A stretch of 6,771 nucleotides of DNA from Fonticula alba ATCC 38817 (lineage: Eukaryota; Protista; Nucleariida), in the NCBI GenBank assembly GCA_000388065.2, contig KB932203.1; one strand, 5' to 3'. The position numbers were made by a program, and so were the translations under genes. This document shows positions 6,379 to 6,771 of this stretch, piece after piece. Under the pieces are notes generated by a model, which saw nothing but the letters and a program-made list of their open reading frames with translations, did no database searches and had not been told where the DNA came from. Every line of letters starts with the position of its first letter. Position 1 is the first letter of the stretch.

Positions 6379-6771
6379 CGTTATCATCTCCCCTCCTCGG
6401 AGTCCGGCGGGGGGCGGCCACACTTCGCAAGCGGCGGCTGTCCATATGTGCGCCCTTGCATGTGTTCGCCACCGGCCGGAGGCACACGCACACACGCGCA
6501 CGCACCGACCTATGGGTGTGCGTGCGGTGCCACACGCGTCGCGCGATGCGCGCGCCTTTCTTCTCCCCCCCCCCCCCTTTTGCACCCCCCTCCCCCTTGT
6601 CCCCAGAGAATATATGCACTTTTTTTCGTGACCCCTCTCTCTGTCTCTCTTTTCCTTGGCGCGCGTATTTTTGCATGTGTGTGTGTGTGTGCGTGTCTGC
6701 GTGTCGGCCTTTTTCCCCGGCGGGGCTGTTTTGTCTGGCGGCGGACGGCCCGCTGGGTGTGATTTCGTACA

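Noticed and set aside
6043-6585. Minus-strand ORF with EEGQT repeats
   Set aside because: The repeats are just the translation of the 15-bp minisatellite, and the rest is microsatellite-derived.

Overview
GC-rich, intron-containing eukaryotic DNA with poly-C introns, many microsatellites and a 59-N assembly gap at 2215-2273. The style suggests a unicellular eukaryote, possibly an opisthokont protist such as Fonticula, but that is inference only. The long six-frame ORFs are mostly artefacts of high GC. Manual splicing gives two + strand genes. (1) A 6-exon gene, join(2655..2664,2758..2996,3204..3357,3502..3629,3772..4750,4954..6215), 923 aa. It encodes an hnRNP F/H-superfamily protein with three quasi-RRMs and an N-terminal domain resembling the catalytically dead DEDDh-like domain of ESRP/Fusilli, plus an hnRNP-H-like Gly/Tyr/Arg insert between qRRM2 and qRRM3. 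(2) A small multi-exon gene (1735-~2460), not recovered as a protein by the ORF track, that begins with a typical mitochondrial presequence and is partly hidden in the gap. Its last intron ends in three CAG acceptors spaced 4 nt apart, and one of them would splice the presequence in frame into gene 1. Bases 1-1700 and 6216-6771 look non-coding (UTR/intergenic, microsatellite-rich).
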